Shown here: piece by piece, positions 47,601 through 57,576 of the stretch
How the letters are laid out: the number at the start of each line of letters is the position of its first letter
Position numbering within the stretch: the first letter of the stretch is position 1
Source of the DNA: an uncultured virus (IMG/VR IMGVR_UViG_3300026549_000073)
Lineage: Duplodnaviria; Heunggongvirae; Uroviricota; Caudoviricetes; Schitoviridae
Length of the DNA: 64,000 bases
Strand: one strand, 5' to 3'
IMG/VR virus record: IMGVR_UViG_3300026549_000073
Made by a program: the position numbers and the translations under genes
Notes under the pieces: generated by a model
Databases searched by the model: none
Seen by the model: only the letters and a program-made list of their open reading frames with translations
Told to the model about the DNA's origin: nothing

Positions 47601-50600
47601 AAGTAGCATAGTCAGTAGCTACATCTCCTAAATTAGATTCTGAATAAGAATAAGCAGTAACTAAATTCATAAATTTAGGGTCTTGCTTCTTTTGCTCTAT
47701 AAAAGCGTTTAATCTATCTAAAGTAATGCTTTCTTTAGGCATTACAGCAAAAGAAGGTTTAGAGTCTGCAACTAAAGAAGATTCTTGATTATATTCTTTA
47801 TTCATTACTGTTTGAGTAAAGAATACCATAGCAGCATTTCTATAAGTAGGATATGTTTCTTTACCAAATATATCTGTAAGTTGCTTATCTGATGATAATC
47901 CAAAGAACTTTAAAAATGCTTCTTTTAAATTATTTAAAGCATACATAAAAGCTTTATATATAGTTGAGTTTGCTTTTAGAGTTTTCTTAGCAGCTTTATT
48001 TAAGTTATCATCTGCAGAAGCTATACATTGAGCAAAAGCTTCTTTTACTAACATTGGTAAATCATGTGTATAACTACTAAATTCACCATAATCACCTTTA
48101 ATAGCTACATATTCTTTAATATAACCTTTTAAAGTTTTTAATAAATTAGCAAATTCTGGTTCTGTTTTAGTTAGCTCATTTATTATATTTGGTTCTTTAT
48201 TTTTACCTTTACCTATTACACTACTCTTATTAAGTAACCAATCCTGTAATTCAAGTTTATCTTGATACCTTAGATTATTTAATTTATCTCTTAAAATACC
48301 ATCAGCAATAGCATGGGTAAGCTCATGAGTAGAATACTTAACATTATAAGGATTTAGTATAAATAAATGATTACCTGTAGCAGTAGGTAATACTAAAGTT
48401 ACAGCATTATTAGTAAAGTCACATGTAGGTGCTTTAGGGTGATTCTGCTGGTATATTCTATAAGCAGAATAAGCTAAATCAGGATTAGTAATAATAGCAA
48501 CATCAGTAGTAGTACCTAGACGTCTACACATCTTCTTGAGCCAACCTTTAATATGATTTGCAGCATCTCCTAAGTCTATGCTTTGCCATAGAGGAGACTC
48601 TGTAGTATGTAAGTTAGTTTGACGTGCAAACTCATTAGCTAAATCCTGTTGAACACTGTTAGTGTCTAATACAGTTTTATCATCTTTTACTATCTTATAT
48701 CTATCATAATTAAACTTCTCTTCTAATAAGTTATTCTTACTTAAATAATTAATAATATTTTGTTTGTTTAATTCTGTTTTATCATTTAAATATCTTGATA
48801 CTAATCTAATATATTCAGGTATTAAAGAAGTATCATTAAAATCTCTAATTTGTTTAACTACTTCTGTATTACCTTCTTTTACCTTAATCCATGCTTTCTT
48901 AGCATAACCACCATTAGGTGAGAAAGCATACTGACAGCAAGCATAAGGTAAATAGTGAGATTTAAGTACTTGGTTCAAGTTTTTAATTGCTTCTGCTTTA
49001 GAAGATAAAGCTGATTGTAAGAAGAATAAGTTATCCTTATCAGTCATGCTAATAGGTACATTATCCTCACCATTTAAATCTTCCCATTCTGACCTATTGT
49101 TTATATCTACAAATGAACTATCGTTAATTAATAAATCATTTTCAGAAATATGACTAATAACATTATTTAAAGCTTCTGAGATAATCTCTACAGGGCTATT
49201 ATTTAAAGCTTGTTCAGCAGCTATTTTATTTAATTCAGAACCAACTAGTACATGATTATCTGGGTCCATGTTTAAACCATCAAATACATCATTATAGCTA
49301 ATTCCTAAAGGTTTTAAGACTTCTACAATAAATCTATTCATGGTTTCACCATCACCAATAGAAATAGTAGAAGTAGGAGCTACTGCTACACCCGGATTAT
49401 CAAAGCTCTTTACTGGGTCAGCATAGTGAGTAGAAGCACTCTTAGAGGTATTGATTACATAGTCAGTATCACTATGTACATTAGTATTTATGCTTTGTTT
49501 ATAGTTAAATACTTTGGTTCCTGATTTATTGTAAACAATAGCATTAGACTGTTTAATTACATCTTGTAGTATTTGTTTATAAGCTTTACGAGGTAATAAA
49601 TCTCTAGCTCTTGCTGTTAAATCAACTAAAGTAGCATCTAAATCAGGTACATTAATACTTTCAACATCTTTATATTTAATAGGGTCAGGTACAGTAACAC
49701 CTTGTTTAGTTAATACTTCAGAAATAGCATCAGCTAATTTTTTAGCTAACATAGATTTGAAAACTGAACAAATATAATTAGATGCTAAAGACATCTTACC
49801 TGTACTATCTTGTACAGAGTCACCTAAATTAGTATCAATTACTGATTTTAACTGAACAACTAAACCGGCTTTTAGAGCATCAATAAATGGATAGTTAGTT
49901 ACTGTTTTTGTTTTACCGGTAGCTTTATCTGTAAAGGTATATGTTTGAGTAAATAAGTCATCAAATACATTTATATTATTAACATTTTTAATTTCATATC
50001 CATTGCTATTTTTATACTTAAAGTTAAAACGTTTAGGTTTAAAAGTACTTGGTACTAATTCACCATCTTTTTTTCTGTAGCCTACTTTAAGAGCTGATAA
50101 TGTTTTAACAGCATTATATAAAGCACAGTCTTGTATATAATTCTCTCTATCAGATTCTTCAACAAATTCAAGTGAACTTGCTTTAGTACCATACTTAGCA
50201 TAATCGAACCAAGATATTGGTTCTTTTCTATTTTTAATAGGATAACCTTGTAACTTTTGTTCCATAACAGCAGCTAATAATCTAGATAACTCTACAGCTA
50301 TAGAACGCTCTTGAGCTTGATAATTAGCTTTAGTTACAGGCTTTTTAGCAAAACTACGTGAAGCTTCATATAAACTGTTTTTAAGAGGTACTCCAATATA
50401 AGGTAATAGAGCTTTTAAGGCTGTAGCCAACTGTTCAGGTAAAGTAGAATGAGCATCCTCATCTGATAAATAAAGATTGTCAATAATACCTTCTTTTGAT
50501 AGTAAACCATTATTACCATTTAAACTTTTACTATAGTCATTAGCAACTTTAGTATAAGTATCTTCAACCTTACCATCTGCTTGGATTAATTTATCATTAA

Positions 50601-53600
50601 TCTTTTGTACTGCATCTTTATAGAAAGAGCTTGATGATATACCTATAAAGAATCCTACACGAGCTAGATTATCTATTTCTATTAATGCTGTGTTGATATC
50701 AAAACTATCTTGCATTATAAATGCTAAAGAACCATCCATAATCTTAGAGAAGAAGATACCATTAGTAATACCATCAGCTTCACCATATAAAGAAGATGTA
50801 ATATTTGGATTTATCTTAAATCTAAAATAATCTGTATAAGCATGGATACCTAAAGATGTATGAGCATCTTCACCATATAATTCATCTAGAGCATTATTTA
50901 CTTCAGTAAATAACTCATTTAATCTTAAAGCTTCTTTATCTGTTAAACCATCTTTAGTTAATAACTTCTCATTTAATTGAGCATACTCTTTAAAGATAGG
51001 ATTAGAATCAAATAATTTATCTAATTGTTGTAATTTAGTTAATACTTGAGAATCATTAAAGTTTTGTACTTTAACACCTAAACCTTGTAAAACCATACGG
51101 AACCAAAGATTACGTCTAGTTGTTTCTGTAGGTACTTTATAACTAATAGGAGATAAAGATTCACGTACTTCTTTATTATTTCTAGGAGACATATAATCAC
51201 TAGAGTTCATACGTGATACAGAGGTCATTTCATGATTATAATAAAGACCTTTATCCTTACTATCTAATTGTTGGTTCCTAGTCTTAATATAAGCAACACC
51301 TCTTAATAATGCTTCTTTTTTAGATTTAATAGAATCAGTTACATGCTTATTAGAATAATCTGCTTTATCAATAGCTAATAAACAAGCATTTATATATGTT
51401 TGAGGATTAAGGATAGAAACTAACTTACCAAATGTAGTAACAGTATGCTTTTGTATTCTATCTGCTTTAATAGCTTTCTGCTGTAAAGAAGTTAAAGGTG
51501 CTTCTGTATGATGGTTTAAGTGACCACTTAAAGGAGCATCATCTATTTGAGAAGCTTCTTCATCTGTTAGAACCACTGAATCAAAAATATCTGAACCATT
51601 CTTTAATAATGCTTTATTAATATCATTAACAGTATCTAAATACATCTTAGTGTTATGTGGCATATTAAAGAAACGAGACTTAGTTTCAGTATTAGTATTA
51701 TCTATTATATCTACATTTATGTATCCTGCCTGTACTACATAATTACCTTGATTACCTGTAAAGGTATTTAATTTAAACTCATCTAAAGTAGCAGGTCTAG
51801 CTTGCTTAGATGATGCTGGATTTGTAACAGAAGAGGATACTAAAGAAGCAGCTAAAGAGTTAGATGCACCATAAGCAAAAGATTCAGGAACATTATTATT
51901 ATATAAAGCAGGAATAAAGGCTTTAATAGCTGAAGACATTGCTTGGTTTAAATTATTAGATGTAATGAAATTATGTTCATAATTTTTATCATCATCTAAT
52001 ATAACAGCTAAATCTTCATCATCAGCATTAACTCTAAGGTCTGCAAAATTATCATTTCCTTCTTTATATAAAGAACGTAAAGAACTATAAGTTCTTGTAC
52101 CTGCAGATAGCATTGCATATACATATGCTAATTGAAGAGCTGATTCAATAGACTTACCATTAATATCTTTAGCCCATTCTACTGTATGTAATGAAGTTAA
52201 TCTGAAATAAGGAGCCAATGGACTCTTTAAGAAATCATAAGCAGTACCTGAATCCTGCATTAAGTCATTAGCTTTAGCTAATAATGAATCAGTAATTTTA
52301 ACTGCTTGGTTCTTAATTTTATCTAATACATGATTAGTATCCTGTTTTACAGGTTTAATACTATTCATATTAGTATCTACAGTTTGTAGTATAGTAACTC
52401 TACCTTTTAACTGTGTATTAATCTTAGATACTAATTCTTCTTCAGATAAATCTGAATTATTTAATAAATTATCTAATTCATCTGTTAATTGTATAGAGTC
52501 TAATTCTTTAGGTTTACCTTCAGAATCTACAAAAACCTTTAATTGCTCTTCTTTAGCTTTTTTAACCTCTTCAGATAATTCTGGAATAGAAGTTTGACCA
52601 GCAGAACTTTCATCATCTTCTTGAGATTGTTCTACTATTTCATTGTTATATTGAAGCTCTAATGGAGCAAAACGATTAATAAGCTCTAGCATATAATCAG
52701 GAATAGGTAAACCTTGCTGATACATATCTAAAGCATGTTTAACTGCTTTATCTTTTAAATCTTTTATAGATTCAATTTTAGTAGTGGTTCTATCCATCTT
52801 ACTAAAATAAACATTTAATAATGGAACCAATATTGATTCAAACTCTTCTGTAGGGAAAGCAGTATTAGCAGGGTAGTTACGTTCAGCAACACTTAATGCT
52901 CTTAGTATTCTAGCTACTTTAGTTAAAGGTAATTTAGCAAAGTCCTCTTTTGTTTGATTCCTATATGTATTTATTAGATTATTTAAAGTATCTATAGGAG
53001 AAACAAAAGTTTCAGCAGGACTTACATTATTAATATTATTAGCAGGTACTTCTTGAGGTTGTTGATTCTGCTGTACTTGTTGTACCGGTTTAGATTCAAC
53101 TGGTTTATTAACAGGCTTATCAACAGGTTTTTGTTCTTGCTGTACTCTATTTTGAGTATTAGTAGAATAATACCTATTTATAAATTCTGAATGACTTAGA
53201 GAATTATTAAATTCATTAGCTACATCTTGTGCTGTTTGCTGTGCTGATACTATTTCAGCTAATTTATTATAAAAATCATCACCTGCTAAATGGAATAATT
53301 CAGGATGATTATATAAATTAACAACATGAGTTAATGCTTTAGGATTATTTTGATTCTGATACTGTACAGCATTTATAGTTTGTGCTATAGGTCCATTTAT
53401 ACCTTTAGAGCTATTAGGAACCATAGCAATAACTAAATTCATTGGTTCATCTTTAAAACCTGTACCTAATACTGAATACCTATCATTAGCTTTTTGCTTA
53501 AACTCTTCTTTAGATGCTTTTCGATTTTTAGGTAATAAATAAGTAGGGTTCATTATTCTAGAAGATTTAGAGGTTTTATCTCTAAACTTTGCTGTAGATG

Positions 53601-56600
53601 CAGCTCCTATTGCTGCATTTTTTGCTATACCTGAAACTGTAGTGGTATGTAAGGTTCCTCCTGCAAGACTCAAATCAGAACCAATGTGCATCATTTCTTG
53701 TCCTAATGAAGCACCTAGTTGATTATTAACTTTACCTGTAATGTTATCTAGGTTTTGATATCCTATTACAGAATAATTAAAGTTTGGACCTTTAACACCT
53801 AAAGAATTACGAAGTTTTTGCTTTGCTTCTGTAGAAGAGTTCCAATTAGATACATTAGAAGGAGACAATAAAGAGCGCATTAATGAAGCAGCAGTTTGAC
53901 CTACTAATATATTTTGTTGTTTAGCATCTGCTTCGCTCATCTTAGCAACATTAGTTGAAATGTCTCTAGGAACCAATAACACTTTTGACAGTGTTTTCTT
54001 AGGGTTTATTTGAAATAAATCAGATAATTTAAAAATAATCTGTTTTTCAGTTATAGCATTACCTAAAGCTTCATAATTAGCTTCTGTTGGGTCTGCTAAA
54101 GCAGACATTAAATGTGTCATTACTTTATAAGCTTGTAAACCTGTTTTAAAACCTGTAGAGTTTTTAGAAGTCCATTCAGTATGAGGATTTAAAACAATTT
54201 CTCTATTATTTAGATATACTTTAACAGGTTTAAAAGCAGTAACAGGATGCTTATAGGTTGTTGCTCCTGTTCTAGCTCTAGTAGGAGTTACTTGGGTATT
54301 TTCTTGTATAGCCTGTTTATTTTCAGCAGACATACCTGATACAACTTTTGAATTATTAACATACTGCTGTTGTGGTTTATTATTAGTAACAGTAGTGGTA
54401 TTAGTAGGTTGCTGTGATTGTTGAACTACAGACTGTTCAGCTGAACCAGTAGTTTGTAAAGGTTTTACTGAATCCTCAGGTAGCATATATTTAACAGCAC
54501 CTGATAAAATATTATAAGATGACTTCATTAAGTCATTTTCAGCTTTTAATTTAGCTAAAAATCCATATGAATGACCATCAAAATAGTTAGATGATTTCTT
54601 ACCATTAATAAATACAGGTTGTTGTACTTTAGTTTGTTCATATGCTTTAGAAGCTTCTTCCATGCCTAATACTTTAGCATCTTGTGAATTAATATAATGA
54701 TGTAAATCAGCTAAATGCTTTTGTAGAGAAGCTGCTTTATCAGCATCTTCAGCATTAGAAGACATAATCTGCATAGCTTTAACAAAGTAACCTTTTAAAG
54801 ATAACTGTTCATTACCAAACATATCTTTACCATCATTAAGCATCTTACTTAATAATGTTTTTTGCTCTGTATTAGAAGCTTGTGCATAGTCCTTATAGTA
54901 AGATTTATTAGTATTAACCCAATGTTCAATATTATTTACTTGGTTCTGTAATACAGCATTAAATTGTCTATAAGCTTGTAACTTATCATTAATAGCCTGT
55001 ACTCTAGGGTCATGTGCAAATGAAGGGGTATCATCTAAATCTGTTACTACTTTCTGTAAGGTATTTATTTCATTGGTTATATCTTCATTATTCTTAAGTT
55101 TATTTTGAATATTTGAATCAATAACTAAATCTACTAAAGCATAAGATTTTAAAAGATTTTGCTTATCTTCTTCAGAATTGTTTTCATTATTGATATCTTT
55201 TAATAATCTATTTCTATATTCAGGGGAATTATCAATTAACTCTCTAGCTTTTTTATTAAAAGAATACTGTAATAATGCTTTTTCATTAGAAGATAGATTA
55301 GATTTAACAATCTTATCATTAAGATTATTAGTAATACCTCCTAAGCTACCTATAATCTCTGTTAGCTTATCATAGGCAGCATCTTTAGCTTCTTTTGTAC
55401 TATCCTTACTATTTAAAATATCTGCTTCTTTTTTAGCAGCATCATGCATTATATGAATTTGCTGATGAACACTCTTAACATTAGGATTTGTAAGTTGTTC
55501 TTTAAATTCAGGACTAAAAGATACATCTGGATTATTAATAAAGGTCTTATCTAATTCAGCATCTCTTTGAATAATATTCTGTACTTCAGGCTTTAATTTA
55601 TCAAAAGCTTTAGTATCCTTCTTAATATCTCCTGTTGGTTCTATAACCTGTTTAATTGCTTTTTCAGAACCATGCTCTTTAATAGCATTAGAAGCTAATA
55701 TACCTGCTGTAGCACCTGCTGCTGTACCTAATTTAGCAGTTCCTAAAGCTGCTTTAGTAGCAAGAGCACCTGTCTTAGTAGCAGCCATACCTGCAGGAAT
55801 ACCAAAGGCATTTTCAGCAATAGACTCACCTAAACCTTCTGTTAAATCTTTATCATTATCTATACGCTTCTCAGATATATTACCACCAACAGTTTCACCA
55901 ATACCTTGACCGATTTCTTCAGCAGTCTCTTTAAAGGTATCAGCAGCCATACGTGTAGGCTTAGTTCTAAGTAATCCTTGAATACCTTTACCTTCTAACT
56001 TAGCAGTACCCATAATCTTAGATATAGCAGCTTCCCAAGCACCTACACCTAAACGAGTAGTACGTTCTATAGAATCACGAATATCAGCTATAGCTTTAGC
56101 ACTAGCATCTTCAGGAGATAAACCCTTATTTAAGTATTCTTGTTTTTTAGCTTTATACTCTTTAGAGTTTTGTAGGTCAGCTTCACTTAGATTTTCTAAG
56201 TGCATATTTTTAACAGAATCAGCACCTGCATCAGCACCATAGGCAAAATTAATACCTACACCACCTACTTCTTCACCTACTTTATTAGCTTTAGCCTCTA
56301 TCTGTTTATTAAGCTTAGCTTCTATTTCAGGTATATTTTGTTTAAATCTATCAAAATCAGATTCTGTTTTAGTTAATTTACCTTCTGCTTCATTTGCTTT
56401 GGTTACTGCTTCTGCATACTGTTTTTGAGCTGTATTATACTTAGCTTCTTGTACAGGTTTTTGGCTAGCTGTAGTAGTAATATTATAATTTGTATCAGCC
56501 AGTACTTTATTGTTAGTATCTTTATAATTAACTAATCTATCAAAGTTATTATTAAGTGTTTTAGCCTCTGTATCTAATACTTCTTTAGAAGGTATAGATA

Positions 56601-57507
56601 AAGCTTCATTATCTACTTGGTTCTCTATATAACCCTGTCTAGCTTTATTTAAGTCTTGTGCTTGCATAACAGCTTGTTGCTGTTCTGCTAGAGCTGCTTG
56701 GTCAGCTAGGATACCTTCTTTTTGAGCACTTAGTTTAGCTACATCTGCATCTATCTTTTGTATAGTAGCAGTAGCTTCATCCATGCTAATTTTACCTGCT
56801 TGAGCAGCAGCTTGAGCTTCTGCTCTAACTTGTGATAATTCAGCTATAGTTTTTTCATAAGCGGCTGCTTTACCTGCAATAGTTTTAGCTGCATTAGCAG
56901 CCATAATACCTTTAGCACCTAAAGAGGCAGCTTTACCTAATAAACCACCACCTATAAATGAACCAACTAAAGAACCAGCAGATTCAGCTGTAACCATACC
57001 TAAATCATTACTGTTAAAGAAATTAACAGCATCTCTACCAATTTTAGCCAATGAAGCCTCAGTTTGAGACTTACCATTAGCTAAATCATTTTGATACTGA
57101 GCTTGGCTCTTAGCTTGTAACCATGCTCCTGTATTAGCTTTTAATTCTTGTCTATGCTGACTATCAGAAGAAGTTAAACTTCTTAATCCTCGTGCTACAT
57201 TACCTAGAGTAGCATCAGCTGCTCGTTCACCAGCTTCACCTCCTAATGCTCCTAATGAACCAACAGCATCAGCAGCAGCTGCTATACCATTAAGTGCATA
57301 ATCCTGTACATGGTTATCCATACCAATATAACGTTGCATGTTTTGTGCTTGTTGTACAGCATCAATAGCTTGCTGAGTATTTGAATTAGCATTAGCTATT
57401 TGTGCTCTAGCTAAATCACTAATTAAAGGTCCTTGTACAGGAGTAGGGGTTATAGAATTAGAAGGGTTATTAGAAAGGGAATTTACTAAATTATCAAAAG
57501 AAGCCAT
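44548..57507 (-). CDS. Virion-encapsidated RNA polymerase (N4 gp50-like), about 4319 aa
   Basis: EADGITNG (motif A), RSFAKKPVTKANY (motif B), VFDG (motif C), NKEVRE, YGDFIAK, EEFVNY; start MASFDN behind GAGGA. Confidence 0.92.
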   Translation of the reverse strand: MASFDNLVNSLSNNPSNSITPTPVQGPLISDLARAQIANANSNTQQAIDAVQQAQNMQRYIGMDNHVQDYALNGIAAAADAVGSLGALGGEAGERAADATLGNVARGLRSLTSSDSQHRQELKANTGAWLQAKSQAQYQNDLANGKSQTEASLAKIGRDAVNFFNSNDLGMVTAESAGSLVGSFIGGGLLGKAASLGAKGIMAANAAKTIAGKAAAYEKTIAELSQVRAEAQAAAQAGKISMDEATATIQKIDADVAKLSAQKEGILADQAALAEQQQAVMQAQDLNKARQGYIENQVDNEALSIPSKEVLDTEAKTLNNNFDRLVNYKDTNNKVLADTNYNITTTASQKPVQEAKYNTAQKQYAEAVTKANEAEGKLTKTESDFDRFKQNIPEIEAKLNKQIEAKANKVGEEVGGVGINFAYGADAGADSVKNMHLENLSEADLQNSKEYKAKKQEYLNKGLSPEDASAKAIADIRDSIERTTRLGVGAWEAAISKIMGTAKLEGKGIQGLLRTKPTRMAADTFKETAEEIGQGIGETVGGNISEKRIDNDKDLTEGLGESIAENAFGIPAGMAATKTGALATKAALGTAKLGTAAGATAGILASNAIKEHGSEKAIKQVIEPTGDIKKDTKAFDKLKPEVQNIIQRDAELDKTFINNPDVSFSPEFKEQLTNPNVKSVHQQIHIMHDAAKKEADILNSKDSTKEAKDAAYDKLTEIIGSLGGITNNLNDKIVKSNLSSNEKALLQYSFNKKARELIDNSPEYRNRLLKDINNENNSEEDKQNLLKSYALVDLVIDSNIQNKLKNNEDITNEINTLQKVVTDLDDTPSFAHDPRVQAINDKLQAYRQFNAVLQNQVNNIEHWVNTNKSYYKDYAQASNTEQKTLLSKMLNDGKDMFGNEQLSLKGYFVKAMQIMSSNAEDADKAASLQKHLADLHHYINSQDAKVLGMEEASKAYEQTKVQQPVFINGKKSSNYFDGHSYGFLAKLKAENDLMKSSYNILSGAVKYMLPEDSVKPLQTTGSAEQSVVQQSQQPTNTTTVTNNKPQQQYVNNSKVVSGMSAENKQAIQENTQVTPTRARTGATTYKHPVTAFKPVKVYLNNREIVLNPHTEWTSKNSTGFKTGLQAYKVMTHLMSALADPTEANYEALGNAITEKQIIFKLSDLFQINPKKTLSKVLLVPRDISTNVAKMSEADAKQQNILVGQTAASLMRSLLSPSNVSNWNSSTEAKQKLRNSLGVKGPNFNYSVIGYQNLDNITGKVNNQLGASLGQEMMHIGSDLSLAGGTLHTTTVSGIAKNAAIGAASTAKFRDKTSKSSRIMNPTYLLPKNRKASKEEFKQKANDRYSVLGTGFKDEPMNLVIAMVPNSSKGINGPIAQTINAVQYQNQNNPKALTHVVNLYNHPELFHLAGDDFYNKLAEIVSAQQTAQDVANEFNNSLSHSEFINRYYSTNTQNRVQQEQKPVDKPVNKPVESKPVQQVQQNQQPQEVPANNINNVSPAETFVSPIDTLNNLINTYRNQTKEDFAKLPLTKVARILRALSVAERNYPANTAFPTEEFESILVPLLNVYFSKMDRTTTKIESIKDLKDKAVKHALDMYQQGLPIPDYMLELINRFAPLELQYNNEIVEQSQEDDESSAGQTSIPELSEEVKKAKEEQLKVFVDSEGKPKELDSIQLTDELDNLLNNSDLSEEELVSKINTQLKGRVTILQTVDTNMNSIKPVKQDTNHVLDKIKNQAVKITDSLLAKANDLMQDSGTAYDFLKSPLAPYFRLTSLHTVEWAKDINGKSIESALQLAYVYAMLSAGTRTYSSLRSLYKEGNDNFADLRVNADDEDLAVILDDDKNYEHNFITSNNLNQAMSSAIKAFIPALYNNNVPESFAYGASNSLAASLVSSSVTNPASSKQARPATLDEFKLNTFTGNQGNYVVQAGYINVDIIDNTNTETKSRFFNMPHNTKMYLDTVNDINKALLKNGSDIFDSVVLTDEEASQIDDAPLSGHLNHHTEAPLTSLQQKAIKADRIQKHTVTTFGKLVSILNPQTYINACLLAIDKADYSNKHVTDSIKSKKEALLRGVAYIKTRNQQLDSKDKGLYYNHEMTSVSRMNSSDYMSPRNNKEVRESLSPISYKVPTETTRRNLWFRMVLQGLGVKVQNFNDSQVLTKLQQLDKLFDSNPIFKEYAQLNEKLLTKDGLTDKEALRLNELFTEVNNALDELYGEDAHTSLGIHAYTDYFRFKINPNITSSLYGEADGITNGIFFSKIMDGSLAFIMQDSFDINTALIEIDNLARVGFFIGISSSSFYKDAVQKINDKLIQADGKVEDTYTKVANDYSKSLNGNNGLLSKEGIIDNLYLSDEDAHSTLPEQLATALKALLPYIGVPLKNSLYEASRSFAKKPVTKANYQAQERSIAVELSRLLAAVMEQKLQGYPIKNRKEPISWFDYAKYGTKASSLEFVEESDRENYIQDCALYNAVKTLSALKVGYRKKDGELVPSTFKPKRFNFKYKNSNGYEIKNVNNINVFDDLFTQTYTFTDKATGKTKTVTNYPFIDALKAGLVVQLKSVIDTNLGDSVQDSTGKMSLASNYICSVFKSMLAKKLADAISEVLTKQGVTVPDPIKYKDVESINVPDLDATLVDLTARARDLLPRKAYKQILQDVIKQSNAIVYNKSGTKVFNYKQSINTNVHSDTDYVINTSKSASTHYADPVKSFDNPGVAVAPTSTISIGDGETMNRFIVEVLKPLGISYNDVFDGLNMDPDNHVLVGSELNKIAAEQALNNSPVEIISEALNNVISHISENDLLINDSSFVDINNRSEWEDLNGEDNVPISMTDKDNLFFLQSALSSKAEAIKNLNQVLKSHYLPYACCQYAFSPNGGYAKKAWIKVKEGNTEVVKQIRDFNDTSLIPEYIRLVSRYLNDKTELNKQNIINYLSKNNLLEEKFNYDRYKIVKDDKTVLDTNSVQQDLANEFARQTNLHTTESPLWQSIDLGDAANHIKGWLKKMCRRLGTTTDVAIITNPDLAYSAYRIYQQNHPKAPTCDFTNNAVTLVLPTATGNHLFILNPYNVKYSTHELTHAIADGILRDKLNNLRYQDKLELQDWLLNKSSVIGKGKNKEPNIINELTKTEPEFANLLKTLKGYIKEYVAIKGDYGEFSSYTHDLPMLVKEAFAQCIASADDNLNKAAKKTLKANSTIYKAFMYALNNLKEAFLKFFGLSSDKQLTDIFGKETYPTYRNAAMVFFTQTVMNKEYNQESSLVADSKPSFAVMPKESITLDRLNAFIEQKKQDPKFMNLVTAYSYSESNLGDVATDYATSGLDAVADLPFITSLDTIIKGNYLPSNVSLKLNKLYSEFLNSKELNNISPEKQALLTGNILDINENHKSFTSGLTNFIYMGIKDPEINSLLKTMKQTKINKVNTNYAIDDFLINTVNDAYNSLVLDKDNIADVIEASLAKGIASQAVLNNINNLFNKESFAESKLNHLAVTAEIKSMGLVGKAVDAVETKLNSPIKAGKALQSLAVLAKTDAGKQAYEHGLVSKLTQDYASLLPSKSYLKPIQEIIRDFTGMNFHNFPVYSLLKKVTATLDRESLQRSKGIPDLLRKKFKNITKEDEAMLAKHYLKLDLTTLLDGSNIYELANIIRDPSSEITQYEQGLTGYQISKAKQLANYMVTGKSKGLLLRNAHAIAASKNNLIDDLNYAEDKVPQIDKLVSCYAIQLLKDSERDKLATFIENNKTGMDALADIHNSIKQAELNKLSNKFNYYKGYIPLQFKNQVNYKAVYSMEAVKEAQHRGWDLVQKLPKTGNAGEVYIMRTSLPDVNFHKGIIQNEATKIYGTNEIGLSTSTIIKPLTRDQYSYDPFNVSSYEPIPTFSSTGKVYYYDRPTPLPDSVYDWSGLDALGKWSANEFIESASKSFNVEAVALTKKIYDEDAKFYGSNTSKFYVDINEEAKKDRVVKDAWDRVDPAIKSAIAKNFGGKALVRKDMLDLFIGYRSASITDIYTGNSRMPAKALNTAAKLADILLGRNAYKILGHAERAIQYTTSTARNYIVVRSCVIPFNNIVSNIIQLRMRGIPYPEIAKGIRTKTMELEEYRRIERQNIQLKSKLITAKSRQEKQKLENRLENNLQRIKTMSIYPMIKAGELSSLADVGDEYNDSIFTGKWADKINEEVAKIPEPIVKAGKWLSVSKDTGLYKLMEKATIYGDFIAKSIYFDRLLGDGVKLENAQRMAMEEFVNYDMMAGRTREYLENMGIIWFYNYKLRISKIAMDIFLHNPASWIFGELITPQWALDKGTVLSDNFFSKAASGGLGGTFMPLNFFFAFWNKNPAVELYKAL

Positions 57508-57576
57508 AGTATCCTCATAATAAAAATGGTAGTACATACTACTGCATATACTACCATTGTTTTATTAAGAGTAAAA

